Shown here piece by piece: positions 19,111 to 30,103 of a stretch of 64,000 nt of DNA (position 1 is its first letter; each line of letters opens with the position of its first letter). The notes beneath the pieces are model-generated. The model was not told where the DNA came from. It made no database searches and worked only from the letters and a program-made list of their open reading frames with translations. A program made the position numbers and the translations under genes. Source of the DNA: Puniceicoccaceae bacterium (GTDB lineage: Bacteria > Verrucomicrobiota > Verrucomicrobiia > Opitutales > Oceanipulchritudinaceae); NCBI GenBank assembly GCA_040830765.1, contig JBFOMH010000021.1, positions 32,001 through 96,000 on the forward strand. Direction: 5' to 3'.

Positions 19111-20499
19111 ATGGTTTCCGATCGACAGTTTATGCCGGCCAGACGGGCTGTGGTCCACACACTGGGATGTCGCCTGAATCAGGCGGAGTCACAGATGCTG
19201 CGGGACCGCCTGGCGCAAAAGGGCTACAGCATTGTCCCGTTTGGGAGCGAGGCTGACCTCGGCATCATCAACACCTGCACGGTGACCCGGGAGGCTGATG
19301 GCAAGTGCCGCAAGGCCATCCGGCAGTTTACCGCGAAAAACCCGGAGGCCTTCACGGCAGTGATTGGCTGCTATTCGCAGATGGGGGCAGCGGCCATTGC
19401 GGAAATACCTGGCGTCGACCTGATTGTCGGCAACCAGGACAAGTTTGCCGTCCTCGACCATCTCCGACAGGGAAAGATCGACCGGCCGCTCATTCTCAGG
19501 GATCGCATCAGTCGGGAGGATTTCAGCCATGGCTACGTCGGGGATATCCCTTTCGACAAACGGGCCAACCTGAAGGTGCAGGATGGCTGCGACTTCATGT
19601 GCAGCTTCTGCATTATTCCCTTCGCCCGTGGCCAGGCCCGTTCAAGGAATTGGGAGGATACCCTGGCGGAAGCCCGGGCAGCGGCCAGTCGGGGCATTAA
19701 GGAGCTGGTTTTGACCGGGGTCAACGTAGGGACCTACGAGAGCGAAGGGCGCAACATCGTCGATCTGGTGGATGCCCTGAATGAGGTTCCGGGATTGCTG
19801 CGGACGCGGATTTCCAGCATCGAGCCAACGACTGTTCCAGTAGCCTTGTTGGAGCGAATGGCTGACGAGGACCACAACCTTCTGCCGTTTTTGCACCTAC
19901 CCCTGCAATCCGGTTCCAATGCCGTCCTGAGCTTGATGCGGCGGAAGTACTCCATGGAGGATTACATTGAATTTGTCCGTCTGGCCAAGGTTACTGTTCC
20001 CGGTCTCTGTCTGGGAACGGACATCATGGTTGGCTTTACCGGTGAGACCGAACAGGACTTCGACGAGACCTGCCGGCAATTCCTTGAGTTGCCCTTCGCC
20101 TACACACATGTCTTCCCCTTTTCAGAGAGGGAAGGTACCTTGGTAATGCAGAGAAAAGACGGGTGGGTGTCGATGGAGGAGCGCAACCGCCGCTGTGCCT
20201 TCCTGCGCCGCTTAAGCGATAAGAAACGATACGATTTCATGGAAGCCCATCGGGGAAGTGAAGCCAATGTGCTCCTTGAGGATCCAAGGGATGGGGGATT
20301 TCCCGGTTACACGGAAAATTACATCCGGGTGCGGGTGGATAATCCCGGGTACGACATCCGCAACCGCCTGGTCCGGGTACGCCTCGGGTCCGTCCGGGCA
20401 GACTGGATGGAGGCAGATGTTCTCTCCTATCTCGATGAAGAAGACCCGCGCCCCCGTTTGGCAGGGACGCGGGCCCGTATGTCAGGGATACGTGTTTAG
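19111..20499 (+). CDS. mtaB: tRNA t6A37 methylthiotransferase (radical SAM)
   Basis: 'HTLGCRLNQAES', 'INTCTVT', 'LKVQDGCDFMCSFCIIP' (CxxxCxxC), 'HVFPFSEREGT', 'GYTENY'. Start may be 19111 or 19132. Confidence 0.92.
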   Translation: MVSDRQFMPARRAVVHTLGCRLNQAESQMLRDRLAQKGYSIVPFGSEADLGIINTCTVTREADGKCRKAIRQFTAKNPEAFTAVIGCYSQMGAAAIAEIPGVDLIVGNQDKFAVLDHLRQGKIDRPLILRDRISREDFSHGYVGDIPFDKRANLKVQDGCDFMCSFCIIPFARGQARSRNWEDTLAEARAAASRGIKELVLTGVNVGTYESEGRNIVDLVDALNEVPGLLRTRISSIEPTTVPVALLERMADEDHNLLPFLHLPLQSGSNAVLSLMRRKYSMEDYIEFVRLAKVTVPGLCLGTDIMVGFTGETEQDFDETCRQFLELPFAYTHVFPFSEREGTLVMQRKDGWVSMEERNRRCAFLRRLSDKKRYDFMEAHRGSEANVLLEDPRDGGFPGYTENYIRVRVDNPGYDIRNRLVRVRLGSVRADWMEADVLSYLDEEDPRPRLAGTRARMSGIRV

Positions 20500-21260
20500 G
20501 CTCGGCTCTCAATCTCCCGTCGTGGGAGAAAGCGTCTTGCCAGCAGCAGAAGAAGTGATGCCACGCCAAAGCCGAGGGCGGTGGCCGATGGTTCAGGGAC
20601 ACCGATGACCTGCAGGTTATCGAAGCCGACGGCCTCGCTACCGCTTGTCATGAGCGTGTCGATACGAATATTCAGTAGTGATCCCGTTACCGGAATGAAG
20701 GAGCTGGTAACGGTCTGGAAGGCGAGGCCAAGCTCGGTGGTATCACCGATGCCGTCGAAGTCCGTGTCGTTCAGGAGAGGTCCGTTGAAGGTTTGTCCAT
20801 TGTTCTGGAAGGCGAGCGCGGTTTGCCACGGACCCTCATCAAAGTTGTATTCGACAAGGATAAAGTCATCCACACTGTCGAAGGCGCTGTTGGAACCGGC
20901 TCCGAGGTCAAGCGACAGTTGAATTTGCGGAATTCCCGGCAGGGATATGGAGGAGAAGTCGAGCAAGGCCACGCCGCTGGTGTTCTCGGCCGCGTCAATG
21001 TCTTCGGCCGCCCAGAACATGGATCCACCAAAACCGGTAAATGCCGGGATGCCGCTGGCCTCGGTGGTACCGTCGGTCCGGATGAAGTAGTCGTCACTGC
21101 CATCCGTGAAGGAACCAGTGGAGGTGTAGCGGGTCCCTTCACCATCGGTTTCGAATGATTCGTGAAAAATGATACTGGCTTCCAGGGTGATGGAACTGGC
21201 CATCAACGGGAGCATGAAGGGAAGGATTCTCGAGGATTTTTCTAAGGTGATTGCTTTCAT
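20496..21260 (-). CDS. PEP-CTERM sorting domain protein
   Basis: Signal-like N-terminus, acidic beta-rich body, C-terminal 'VPEPSATALGFGVASLLLLLARR'. Start placed at ATG 21260. Confidence 0.85.
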   Translation of the reverse strand: MKAITLEKSSRILPFMLPLMASSITLEASIIFHESFETDGEGTRYTSTGSFTDGSDDYFIRTDGTTEASGIPAFTGFGGSMFWAAEDIDAAENTSGVALLDFSSISLPGIPQIQLSLDLGAGSNSAFDSVDDFILVEYNFDEGPWQTALAFQNNGQTFNGPLLNDTDFDGIGDTTELGLAFQTVTSSFIPVTGSLLNIRIDTLMTSGSEAVGFDNLQVIGVPEPSATALGFGVASLLLLLARRFLPRREIESRA

Positions 21261-21358
21261 AACGAGTGAAAGCATCACTACACCTTGGAGGGCATGCAAA
21301 TGCGCCGTATACCTCTTTTTAGGTAGGCGTGGTATTGGAAGAAACCTTGTCCTTGGGC

Positions 21359-21811
21359 CTATTCGAGGACCATCACGAGGCGGTCTCCTTCAAGGAAGAG
21401 GCACCCCTCATCAAGGTTCCCGTCATCAATCATTTCATCAAGACGAACGAGGACACGGGTTCCTGCCTTGCAGTTGACGAGACAAATGCAGGGGGGCGAG
21501 GAGGGACCTTCCGGACTCCATTCCCATTCACCACCCCCAAGGGGTTGCTGGTCAAAGAGTCCAAGTGAGGCTTCCACGATGGGGGGAAGTTTATCCGTTT
21601 GCCCACCGTCAGGCCAATTCCCGTGCTCGGTCTTGTAGGCTATGAGGGCCGCGCCTTGCTTGCGGAAGGCCTCCGCCAGATCCGATGCCTGGTTCTGGGT
21701 CCGTCTCTGCAGATGATTGGGCATGGCCACGAGGAACATGAGACCGAAAATCGCAGCCATCACAAAGACCTCGACGAATGAGAAGCCTGTATCTCTTTTT
21801 CCCGACGCCAT
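21359..21811 (-). CDS. Prepilin/pseudopilin-like protein
   Basis: Class III signal 'KRDTG|FSFVEV' (G-1, F+1, E+5) followed by a hydrophobic helix and 'Y..E.G.WP'. Confidence 0.8.
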   Translation of the reverse strand: MASGKRDTGFSFVEVFVMAAIFGLMFLVAMPNHLQRRTQNQASDLAEAFRKQGAALIAYKTEHGNWPDGGQTDKLPPIVEASLGLFDQQPLGGGEWEWSPEGPSSPPCICLVNCKAGTRVLVRLDEMIDDGNLDEGCLFLEGDRLVMVLE

Positions 21812-21887
21812 GGGAAAGAAGAGTCATAAACACTGAGGTAAATGTGTCAAACAAAGAAAATTTAATGTAAAAACCGGTCCAATTTAT

Positions 21888-22583
21888 CTAATTATAATCG
21901 ATTTCCTCATCTTTTGTGGAGCCTTGGAGGAGACGAAAGAGCTCGTGGCGTTGGCACTCCTTACCGAGAAACTCGAGAAAGAGGTCAAATCGGCGTTCGA
22001 GGGAAAGAGTCTCCAAAAGCATTTGCTTGGTGACCGCATTCTGGCACAGGGAGTGGACTGCCACATCGATAAAGGGACCGGGTTTCTCCAGTGAGTGGAT
22101 AAACTGGACATACTCCTCGGGAAGCCCGGTTGTCAGGTAGGACTCACGGTCGAGAATTTCCAGGATTTTCTCTCGTTTTCCGGAGACAGAGGCGTCTTCC
22201 TCGTTGGCATCATGACAAGGGGCGACTCGAATGAGTCGGTACGGCGCTTCCTGGACTATTTCCACCAGGCGTACCCGCTTTATTCCCTGCAGGGCAAGGT
22301 TGGAGGTGCCGTCCGGGTTTTTGTGCGCTGCCCGGACGATGCCGACCGTACCCATGATAGCGGGGGGTTCCTCGTGGCCTTCATCGTTCTCCACGTGGCT
22401 CTCATTGAATATGGCGAACAACCTGTGTGAGTTGAGGACCTCCTCCAACATTATCCGGTACCGTTGCTCAAAGATGAACAGTGGCATTACGGCATGCGGG
22501 AACAGCACCGTATCCTGTAGAGTCATGACCGGAACAACCTCCGGTATTGTTATATCGCCTGTCTCATCCATGTTTGTGAGCAT
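21888..22583 (-). CDS. LON substrate-binding domain protein (no protease domain)
   Basis: 'VLFPH..MPL.IFE.RYR.M', 'DG.SNL.L.G..R'. Confidence 0.88.
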   Translation of the reverse strand: MLTNMDETGDITIPEVVPVMTLQDTVLFPHAVMPLFIFEQRYRIMLEEVLNSHRLFAIFNESHVENDEGHEEPPAIMGTVGIVRAAHKNPDGTSNLALQGIKRVRLVEIVQEAPYRLIRVAPCHDANEEDASVSGKREKILEILDRESYLTTGLPEEYVQFIHSLEKPGPFIDVAVHSLCQNAVTKQMLLETLSLERRFDLFLEFLGKECQRHELFRLLQGSTKDEEIDYN

Positions 22584-22610
22584 GATAAGTCAATTTCGCG
22601 GAAGGTGCAA

Positions 22611-22931
22611 CTAGTCCTGGATACTTGGTTCGGCCCACTTCCATGCTTCCAGTAATTGAGGATCGGGATTATCCGTCTCTGCGTAGTAGACCGCCAATCT
22701 GAGGTAACTTAGGCGGTCCCGTGGGGTCTGCTCCCGCAGGTTGAAAATTTCCTCCAGGAGTGCCTCAGGCGAACGACCCCTTAATTCATCAATTTCTGTG
22801 ATCCCGATATCCAACAGGTCGCGAACGGAAGATATGTCCATTCCCGGAATCCGTTTCAAGGGGGATTGGAGGGCCTCGATGTCGACCTTTTTCTTCTTCC
22901 GGCCAGTCAGTTCCTCAAAGGGCTCATGCAT
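22611..22931 (-). CDS. Helix-hairpin-helix domain protein (Cdd1-like)
   Basis: 'L..IPG......DL..IGI..I.EL.G..PE.L...R.AVYYA......P....W.W'. Confidence 0.75.
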   Translation of the reverse strand: MHEPFEELTGRKKKKVDIEALQSPLKRIPGMDISSVRDLLDIGITEIDELRGRSPEALLEEIFNLREQTPRDRLSYLRLAVYYAETDNPDPQLLEAWKWAEPSIQD

Positions 22932-23008
22932 CGCGTTATGAAAGGTTTAGCAGCAGCAGCATGGCAAGCGGGATTTGGGAGAATTGGCTGAATTGCCTGC
23001 CTGCATTG

Positions 23009-23072
23009 GTGGGACAGGGGTGGGACAGGGAATGGCAGGGTGTGACACAAGGTGTGACAGGTGGTGTCACAC
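23009..23072. promoter_or_regulatory. Array of TG(G/T)GACA motifs ending in a perfect 8-5-8 palindrome; putative upstream activator sites
   Basis: TGGGACA x2 and TGTGACA x2; GTGTGACA-ggtgg-TGTCACAC at 23052-23072, about 85-150 bp upstream of the sigma54 box. Confidence 0.55.
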
Positions 23073-23156
23073 TTTCTCATCCGTGGTGGGTGACGGGAAG
23101 ATCTGAATTATCTCAAATTGTTGTATACCAATGCCTTAAGAAAATAACCCCATCTC

Positions 23157-23172
23157 TGGCACAGTGTTTGCA
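23157..23172 (+). promoter_or_regulatory. Sigma54-type -24/-12 promoter upstream of dnaK
   Basis: TGGCAC-agtgt-TTGCA matches the TGGCAC-N5-TTGC consensus with exact spacing. Confidence 0.7.
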
Positions 23173-23186
23173 GGAGAATTGGCGCT

Positions 23187-25130
23187 ATGGGTAAAATTTT
23201 AGGAATCGACTTGGGTACCACCAACTCCTGCATGGCTGTCATGGAGGGGGGCGAACCGGTGGTCATCCCGAACAGCGAAGGCTCACGCACGACACCGTCG
23301 GTTGTGGCTTTCACCAAGAACGGCGAGCGGCTTGTGGGCCAGGCTGCCAAGCGGCAGGCTGTCACCAATCCCAGCAATACAGTTTTTTCAGCGAAACGCC
23401 TCATTGGACGCAAGTTTACGGAAGTTTCTGAAGAATCGGCGCACGTCCCCTTCAAGGTGATTGAAGGAAAGAATGGCGATGCCTGGCTTGAGGTGGAGGA
23501 GAATGGGGAAACGAAGAGTTTTCCGCCGGAGCAGATCAGTTCCATGATTCTCGGCAAGCTGAAGGCGGATGCGGAAGCTTATCTCGGTGAGCCGGTCACG
23601 CAGGCCGTTATCACGGTTCCGGCATACTTTAATGACTCGCAGCGTCAGGCCACCAAGGACGCCGGCACGATAGCCGGGCTGGAAGTACTCCGGATTATCA
23701 ATGAGCCGACAGCCGCCTCCCTGGCCTACGGATTGGACAAAAAGAGCGAGGAAACGATTGCGGTTTATGACCTCGGTGGAGGTACCTACGACATTTCCAT
23801 TCTCGAGATCGGGGATGGCGTCTTTGAGGTCAAGGCCACCAACGGCGATACGCACCTCGGTGGGGACAACTGGGATGATGCCATTATCACCTGGCTCGTG
23901 GACGATTTCAAAAGCGAGCACGGCATCGACCTGCGCTCCGACAAAATGGCCCTCCAGCGCCTCAAGGAAGAAGCGGAAAAGGCCAAGATTGCCCTGAGCA
24001 GTTCCCAATCCACGGATATCAACCTTCCCTTTATCACGGCGGATGCCTCAGGTCCCAAGCACCTCAACGTGCAGCTGACCCGGAGCAAGATCGAGCAGAT
24101 CACCGACCATCTCTTCCAACGGACCGTTGATCCCTTCAAGTCGTGTCTCAAGGACGCCGGCCTGACGGAAGGCGATATCGGCAATCTGGTCCTCGTCGGG
24201 GGCATGACCCGTATGCCGAAGGTCAACGAGGTTGCCCGCAATCTTGCCGGCAAGGAGCCGAACAAGGGTGTCAACCCGGATGAAGTTGTGGCCATCGGGG
24301 CTGCCATCCAAGGCGCTGTTCTCGCCGGGGACGTCAAGGATGTCCTCCTGCTTGATGTGACTCCGCTGACCCTTGCCATTGAGACAGCCGGTGGCGTGGC
24401 CACCGCGATGATCGAGCGCAACACCACCATCCCGACGAAGAAGTCACAGATTTTCTCCACCTACGCCGACCAGCAGACAGCGGTTGACGTCAAGGTGCTG
24501 CAGGGTGAACGCCCGATGGCCAAGGACAACAAGCTGCTGGGCAATTTCCGCCTCGACGGCATTCCGCCGGCCCCGCGTGGCATGCCGCAAATTGAGGTCA
24601 CCTTTGACATCGACGCCAACGGTATCCTGCACGTGTCCGCAACCGACAAGGGAACGGGCAAGAAGCAGCACATCTCCATCACCAATGCCTCCGGTCTCTC
24701 GGATGACGAGGTGAACAAGATGAAGGAAGATGCCGAGCGCAACGCCGAGGCGGACGCCAAGGCCAAGGAATCGGCCGAGACCCGCAACCAGCTGGACACG
24801 GTCGTCTTCGGGACGGAGAAGGTCCTCAAGGAAAGCGGTGACAAGTTCAACGATTCCGAACGTACGCTCATCCAGGGCCTTGTTGACGAGGGCAAGCAAG
24901 CGCTCGAATCCAACGACGCCGAGCAGATGAAGGCGGCCTTGGAAAAAATCAACAACAGTCAGGAGATGCAGCAGGCGATGGCCCGCATGTACCAGGAGCA
25001 GGCAGCAGCTGCCGGTGCCGAAGGTGGTACGGAGCAATCGGGACCTGCTCCCGAAGCAGAATCTGCCTCTGCTGCCGCCGATGACAATGTCGTCGATGCC
25101 GAAGTCGAGGATGTTGACGAGAAGAAGTAA
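23187..25130 (+). CDS. dnaK: Chaperone DnaK (Hsp70)
   Basis: 'GIDLGTTNS', 'TVPAYFND', 'YDLGGGT.D', 'NPDEVVA.GAA'. Confidence 0.99.
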   Translation: MGKILGIDLGTTNSCMAVMEGGEPVVIPNSEGSRTTPSVVAFTKNGERLVGQAAKRQAVTNPSNTVFSAKRLIGRKFTEVSEESAHVPFKVIEGKNGDAWLEVEENGETKSFPPEQISSMILGKLKADAEAYLGEPVTQAVITVPAYFNDSQRQATKDAGTIAGLEVLRIINEPTAASLAYGLDKKSEETIAVYDLGGGTYDISILEIGDGVFEVKATNGDTHLGGDNWDDAIITWLVDDFKSEHGIDLRSDKMALQRLKEEAEKAKIALSSSQSTDINLPFITADASGPKHLNVQLTRSKIEQITDHLFQRTVDPFKSCLKDAGLTEGDIGNLVLVGGMTRMPKVNEVARNLAGKEPNKGVNPDEVVAIGAAIQGAVLAGDVKDVLLLDVTPLTLAIETAGGVATAMIERNTTIPTKKSQIFSTYADQQTAVDVKVLQGERPMAKDNKLLGNFRLDGIPPAPRGMPQIEVTFDIDANGILHVSATDKGTGKKQHISITNASGLSDDEVNKMKEDAERNAEADAKAKESAETRNQLDTVVFGTEKVLKESGDKFNDSERTLIQGLVDEGKQALESNDAEQMKAALEKINNSQEMQQAMARMYQEQAAAAGAEGGTEQSGPAPEAESASAAADDNVVDAEVEDVDEKK

Positions 25131-25136
25131 TTTCCA

Positions 25137-25174
25137 GCCGGTCTGTTCCTTTCGGGGAGTAGGCCGGCCTTTTT
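25137..25174 (+). terminator. Hairpin plus T-run between dnaK and groES
   Basis: GCCGGTCTGTTCCT-ttcg-GGGAGTAGGCCGGC followed by CTTTTT. Confidence 0.65.
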
Positions 25175-25223
25175 GAACAACGCAAATCCAAATCTTATTT
25201 AACAACTAAATACTGATAGAAAT

Positions 25224-25517
25224 ATGGCTAATAAAGTGAATATCCAACCTCTCGGCGACCGCGTTCTGGTGAAGGCGATCGAAGTTGAGGAAGAAGTTAA
25301 AGGTGGAATCATCATTCCTGATTCAGCCAAGGAAAAGCCGACCACGGCAGAAGTCCTGGCCCTCGGCAATGGCAAGAAGGACGGCGAAACCTATGAGTTC
25401 TCCGTCAAGGTCGGTGACCAGGTCATCATCAGCAAGTACGGCGGCACGCAGGTCAAGCTGGACGATGTCGAGTACACCATTCTTCGCGAAGACGACATCC
25501 TTGGCATCATCGCCTAA
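25224..25517 (+). CDS. groES: Co-chaperonin GroES
   Basis: '[10 protein letters not shown]', '[13 protein letters not shown]', 'KVGD.V...KYGGT'. Confidence 0.99.
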   Translation: MANKVNIQPLGDRVLVKAIEVEEEVKGGIIIPDSAKEKPTTAEVLALGNGKKDGETYEFSVKVGDQVIISKYGGTQVKLDDVEYTILREDDILGIIA

Positions 25518-25545
25518 GTGGCCGCCTCCGCATCACAACTGTTAA

Positions 25546-27213
<1,668 letters not shown>

Positions 27214-27255
27214 TGCCGGCCACGACCCTTTAGGACATAATCATAGTTAACGATC

Positions 27256-27285
27256 AAGCCCCGGGCAGGACGCCCGGGGCTTTTT
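27256..27285 (+). terminator. groEL terminator
   Basis: AAGCCCCGGGC-aggac-GCCCGGGGC-TTTTT. Confidence 0.88.
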
Positions 27286-27296
27286 GTTGTAGTAAA

Positions 27297-27348
27297 GGAG
27301 TCGGCGCTTCAGCGCCGGTCACTGAGACCGGGCCTGAAGGCCCGACTC
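27297..27348. repeat. REP-like inverted pair of palindromic units
   Basis: GAGTCGGCGCTTCAGCGCCGGTC-actga-GACCGGGCCTGAAGGCCCGACTC; each unit has its own internal hairpin. Confidence 0.65.
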
Positions 27349-27358
27349 TATTTCGCAC

Positions 27359-27387
27359 AAAAAAGCCCCGACTTGCGTCGGGGCTTT
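27359..27387 (-). terminator. sod terminator
   Basis: AAAAAA-GCCCCGAC-ttgc-GTCGGGGC on the + strand, i.e. hairpin plus U-run on the minus strand. Confidence 0.88.
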
Positions 27388-27411
27388 GTGAAAAGATGCT
27401 CGACTATTGCC

Positions 27412-28044
27412 TCAGGCGGTCGCCTTGGCGTAATTCGCAGCTACCTTGTCCCAATTGACGACATTCCAGAAGGCGGAGATGTAGTCGGGACGACGGTTCT
27501 GGTAGTTAAGGTAGTAGGCGTGCTCCCAGACATCGAGGCCGAGGATCGGGGTTGCAGAGCAACCGGCGATGCTTTCGCCCATGGTCGGACTGTCCTGGTT
27601 GGCCGTGCTGCAGACGCAGAGGCTGCCATCGGCCTTGACGCAGAGCCAGGCCCAGCCAGACCCGAAGCGGGTCGCTCCAGCCTTGGCAAATTCCGCTTTG
27701 AAGTCATCAAAGCTGCCAAAGACGGCGTTGATCTTGTCTCCCAGCTCACCGGTCGGCTCACCGCCGCCATTGGGGGAGAGGATGGACCAGAAGAAGCTGT
27801 GGTTGGCGTGGCCGCCGCCGTTGTTGCGGACAGCGGTCTGGACGGCCTCGGGAAGGTCACCAATCTTGCTAATGAGGTCGGCGATGCACTCGGGGCCTTC
27901 AATGCCGGCTCCCTCGAGGGCATTGTTCAGATTCGTGATGTAGGTATTGTGGTGCTTGCTGTGATGAATCTCCATCGTGCGCGCATCAATATGCGGTTCG
28001 AGGGCATCGTAAGCGTATTCCAGTTCCGGTAATGTATATGCCAT
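27412..28044 (-). CDS. sodA: Superoxide dismutase, Mn/Fe family (Mn-type signature)
   Basis: 'HHSKHH', 'NGGGHANHS', 'FGSGWAWL', 'DVWEHAYY'. Confidence 0.93.
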   Translation of the reverse strand: MAYTLPELEYAYDALEPHIDARTMEIHHSKHHNTYITNLNNALEGAGIEGPECIADLISKIGDLPEAVQTAVRNNGGGHANHSFFWSILSPNGGGEPTGELGDKINAVFGSFDDFKAEFAKAGATRFGSGWAWLCVKADGSLCVCSTANQDSPTMGESIAGCSATPILGLDVWEHAYYLNYQNRRPDYISAFWNVVNWDKVAANYAKATA

Positions 28045-28107
28045 GATGTGTTTATTGGTTTTTGAGTTAAAAACGAAAGTTAAACAAACCGCAGGATTGC
28101 CGGTTCG

Positions 28108-28623
28108 TCAACTGCCAGCCCGTTTTACTTGAAAGTAACCCTGCAAGACTGCCTTGCACTCTGCTTCCAGAACACCGCCCTCGACCTCGACGCGGTGGTT
28201 CAGGTCCGGCAGCTCGTGCACCGCAGTGGCTCCTCCCATGCAGCCCATCTTGGGATCGGGAACGGCGTAGACAACATGCGACAACCGGGCCATGACGCTG
28301 GCGCCCGAGCACATCGGACAGGGTTCCTTGGTCACATAGAGCGTGGCTCCGTTGAGCCGCCAGTCGCCGATGACCTCCGTGGCCTGGGTGATGGCGAGAA
28401 TCTCGGCATGCGCGGTCGGGTCGTTGAGCGACTCCACCTGGTTGTAGGCGCGGGCGATGATTGCCCCGTTAAATTCAATCACCGCCCCGATTGGCACTTC
28501 GTTGGCTTTCCACGCCTTGAGGGATTCATTAAAGGCATGGGACATGTAATACGACCTGTCCCGGTGCAGCTCGGATGGGTGGAGCTTTTCAAAGGGGCAG
28601 GGCGGTGGTGGGTCGGTTTTCAT
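28108..28623 (-). CDS. tadA: tRNA adenosine(34) deaminase
   Basis: 'EVPIGAV', 'DPTAHAE', 'WRL...TLYVT.EPCPMC', 'NH.VEV.GGV'. Start at ATG 28623. Confidence 0.92.
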   Translation of the reverse strand: MKTDPPPPCPFEKLHPSELHRDRSYYMSHAFNESLKAWKANEVPIGAVIEFNGAIIARAYNQVESLNDPTAHAEILAITQATEVIGDWRLNGATLYVTKEPCPMCSGASVMARLSHVVYAVPDPKMGCMGGATAVHELPDLNHRVEVEGGVLEAECKAVLQGYFQVKRAGS

Positions 28624-28631
28624 GAAAGAAT

Positions 28632-28753
28632 CCAATTTCAATCCCAATCCCCATTCCATTCGAGATTAAAATACGCTGAGGGGGGAGGATTAAGATCAAG
28701 ATTAAGGTTAAGACTAAGATTGGGATTGAGATTGGGATGGGGATTGGGATTGT
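28632..28753. repeat. Intergenic hexamer (GATTRR-type) tandem array with an inverted partial copy
   Basis: 11 units at 28688-28753 (GATTAA GATCAA GATTAA GGTTAA GACTAA GATTGG GATTGA GATTGG GATGGG GATTGG GATTGT) and 4 reverse-complement units at 28632-28655. Confidence 0.85.
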
Positions 28754-28762
28754 AGGGGAAGG

Positions 28763-29548
28763 ATGGAGAGACGTGTGCAGCATATCCATATTCCCAAGTG
28801 TGCCGGGAACAGTGTTTTCAAGGCCATGCGGGAGGCCCTGCAACCGGACCGCACCCTGGTGCTTGATTCCATAGCCACATACCTTGCTGCGAGGAAACTG
28901 AAGCGATGCCGGAATGAGTTCGAGTTCGAGAGTCTGCACCTTGAGGTGAAGCAGGTCCTGTTGTCCTTTTATCTTGAGCAGGGCTATCCCATGATCAGCG
29001 GACACTTGCCATTCAGTCCCTTGTGCCACAGCCAGTTCAGTGATAGCACGGACTTCGTCACCATCCTCCGGGAGCCACTGGAGCGATTGAAGTCTCATGT
29101 GGCCTACCTGATATTTGCCCAGCCGCGGACCTCCGTGGAGGATTACTATACCGGCAAGGTGGATCCGGCCGACGAGGTGGTCCGCATCCTCCAACGGGAG
29201 GAGATCGGTATCTGGATGGCCCGATCCCTCACCGTCTACCTGGGTGGCCTCGGTATGGACGGCAAGGCTGACCTCAGTAATCGGGTCCCAAACGCCATCT
29301 CTTCCCTGGACAAGCTACAATTGGTCGGATTTGACCACGACATTCCCGGTTTTGCCCAGCGGTTCGAAAGCCTCTACAAGCGGCCTCTTTCAATTGGTCG
29401 GGAGAACACCATCCGCCAGGTCCAGGATGACCAGGACCTCCTCAAGCGGGTCTATGACGTATTCGAAGGCTCCATGAAAAAGGTAATCCAGGAAATGTCG
29501 GCAGACGATCTCGCCCTTTATGAATCGGCCCTGAGCAAGTGGGGTTGA
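28763..29548 (+). CDS. Sulfotransferase family 2 protein
   Basis: 5'-PSB motif 'HIHIPKCAGNS', 'SGHL', 3'-PB motif 'TILREPLERLKS'. Confidence 0.8.
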   Translation: MERRVQHIHIPKCAGNSVFKAMREALQPDRTLVLDSIATYLAARKLKRCRNEFEFESLHLEVKQVLLSFYLEQGYPMISGHLPFSPLCHSQFSDSTDFVTILREPLERLKSHVAYLIFAQPRTSVEDYYTGKVDPADEVVRILQREEIGIWMARSLTVYLGGLGMDGKADLSNRVPNAISSLDKLQLVGFDHDIPGFAQRFESLYKRPLSIGRENTIRQVQDDQDLLKRVYDVFEGSMKKVIQEMSADDLALYESALSKWG

Positions 29549-29670
29549 GACCTTCTTGAATTCGTCGAGGCAGCTTCCTCTACCGGGTGGCTGCCGATTC
29601 ATAGCTTGACTTTAGTAGCGATCCAGCCAGTGATCTCCCTGCTTAATCAAACGAAATCCAGACCCATTAT

Positions 29671-29943
29671 ATGACCGAATCTGAAGTTGTAGAAGTTGAG
29701 GGCAAAGTTGCCGCCGTTCTCCCGGGTACCATGTTCCGGGTGGAATTGAAGAATGGACACCAGGTATTGGCCCACATCTCAGGAAAGCTGCGTAAGCATT
29801 TCATCAAGATCACGGTCGGGGACATGGTGAAAATGGAGATGACCCCGAAGGATATCGACAAGGCGCGTATCATCTACCGCCTCCGCAATGCTCCTTCGAA
29901 CCGGAACGCGCCGATCCGCAGTTTCGGGCCCCGCAAGCGCTGA
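29671..29943 (+). CDS. infA: Translation initiation factor IF-1
   Basis: 'EG.V...[20 protein letters not shown]...I.I..GD.V'; basic C-terminal extension. Confidence 0.97.
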   Translation: MTESEVVEVEGKVAAVLPGTMFRVELKNGHQVLAHISGKLRKHFIKITVGDMVKMEMTPKDIDKARIIYRLRNAPSNRNAPIRSFGPRKR

Positions 29944-30103
29944 CCAAAGCCCGCCCGAGGTATTCTGGGACTGGCTCCGCCCCGTATCTTGGGTTGTTTT
30001 CCCAATTTACTCTGGAAATATGGAATAAGCTATGGTAGCTTCAGCTTCACATTAGTAGAGAAACCTTTATTCACCAAGAACCCTGTATTTGGAAAGGACG
30101 GAA

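Noticed and set aside
23100..25223. CIRCE operator for the chaperone genes
   Set aside because: No TTAGCACTC-N9-GAGTGCTAA match seen upstream of dnaK or groES.
28632..28753. Repeat tracts here and at 23009-23072 as CRISPR arrays
   Set aside because: Units are 6-8 bp without unique spacers, and there are no cas genes.
29998..30029. Imperfect TTCC...GGAA inverted repeat upstream of cysK as an Rrf2/CymR-type site
   Set aside because: Symmetry is poor and there is no second instance or cognate regulator in the window.
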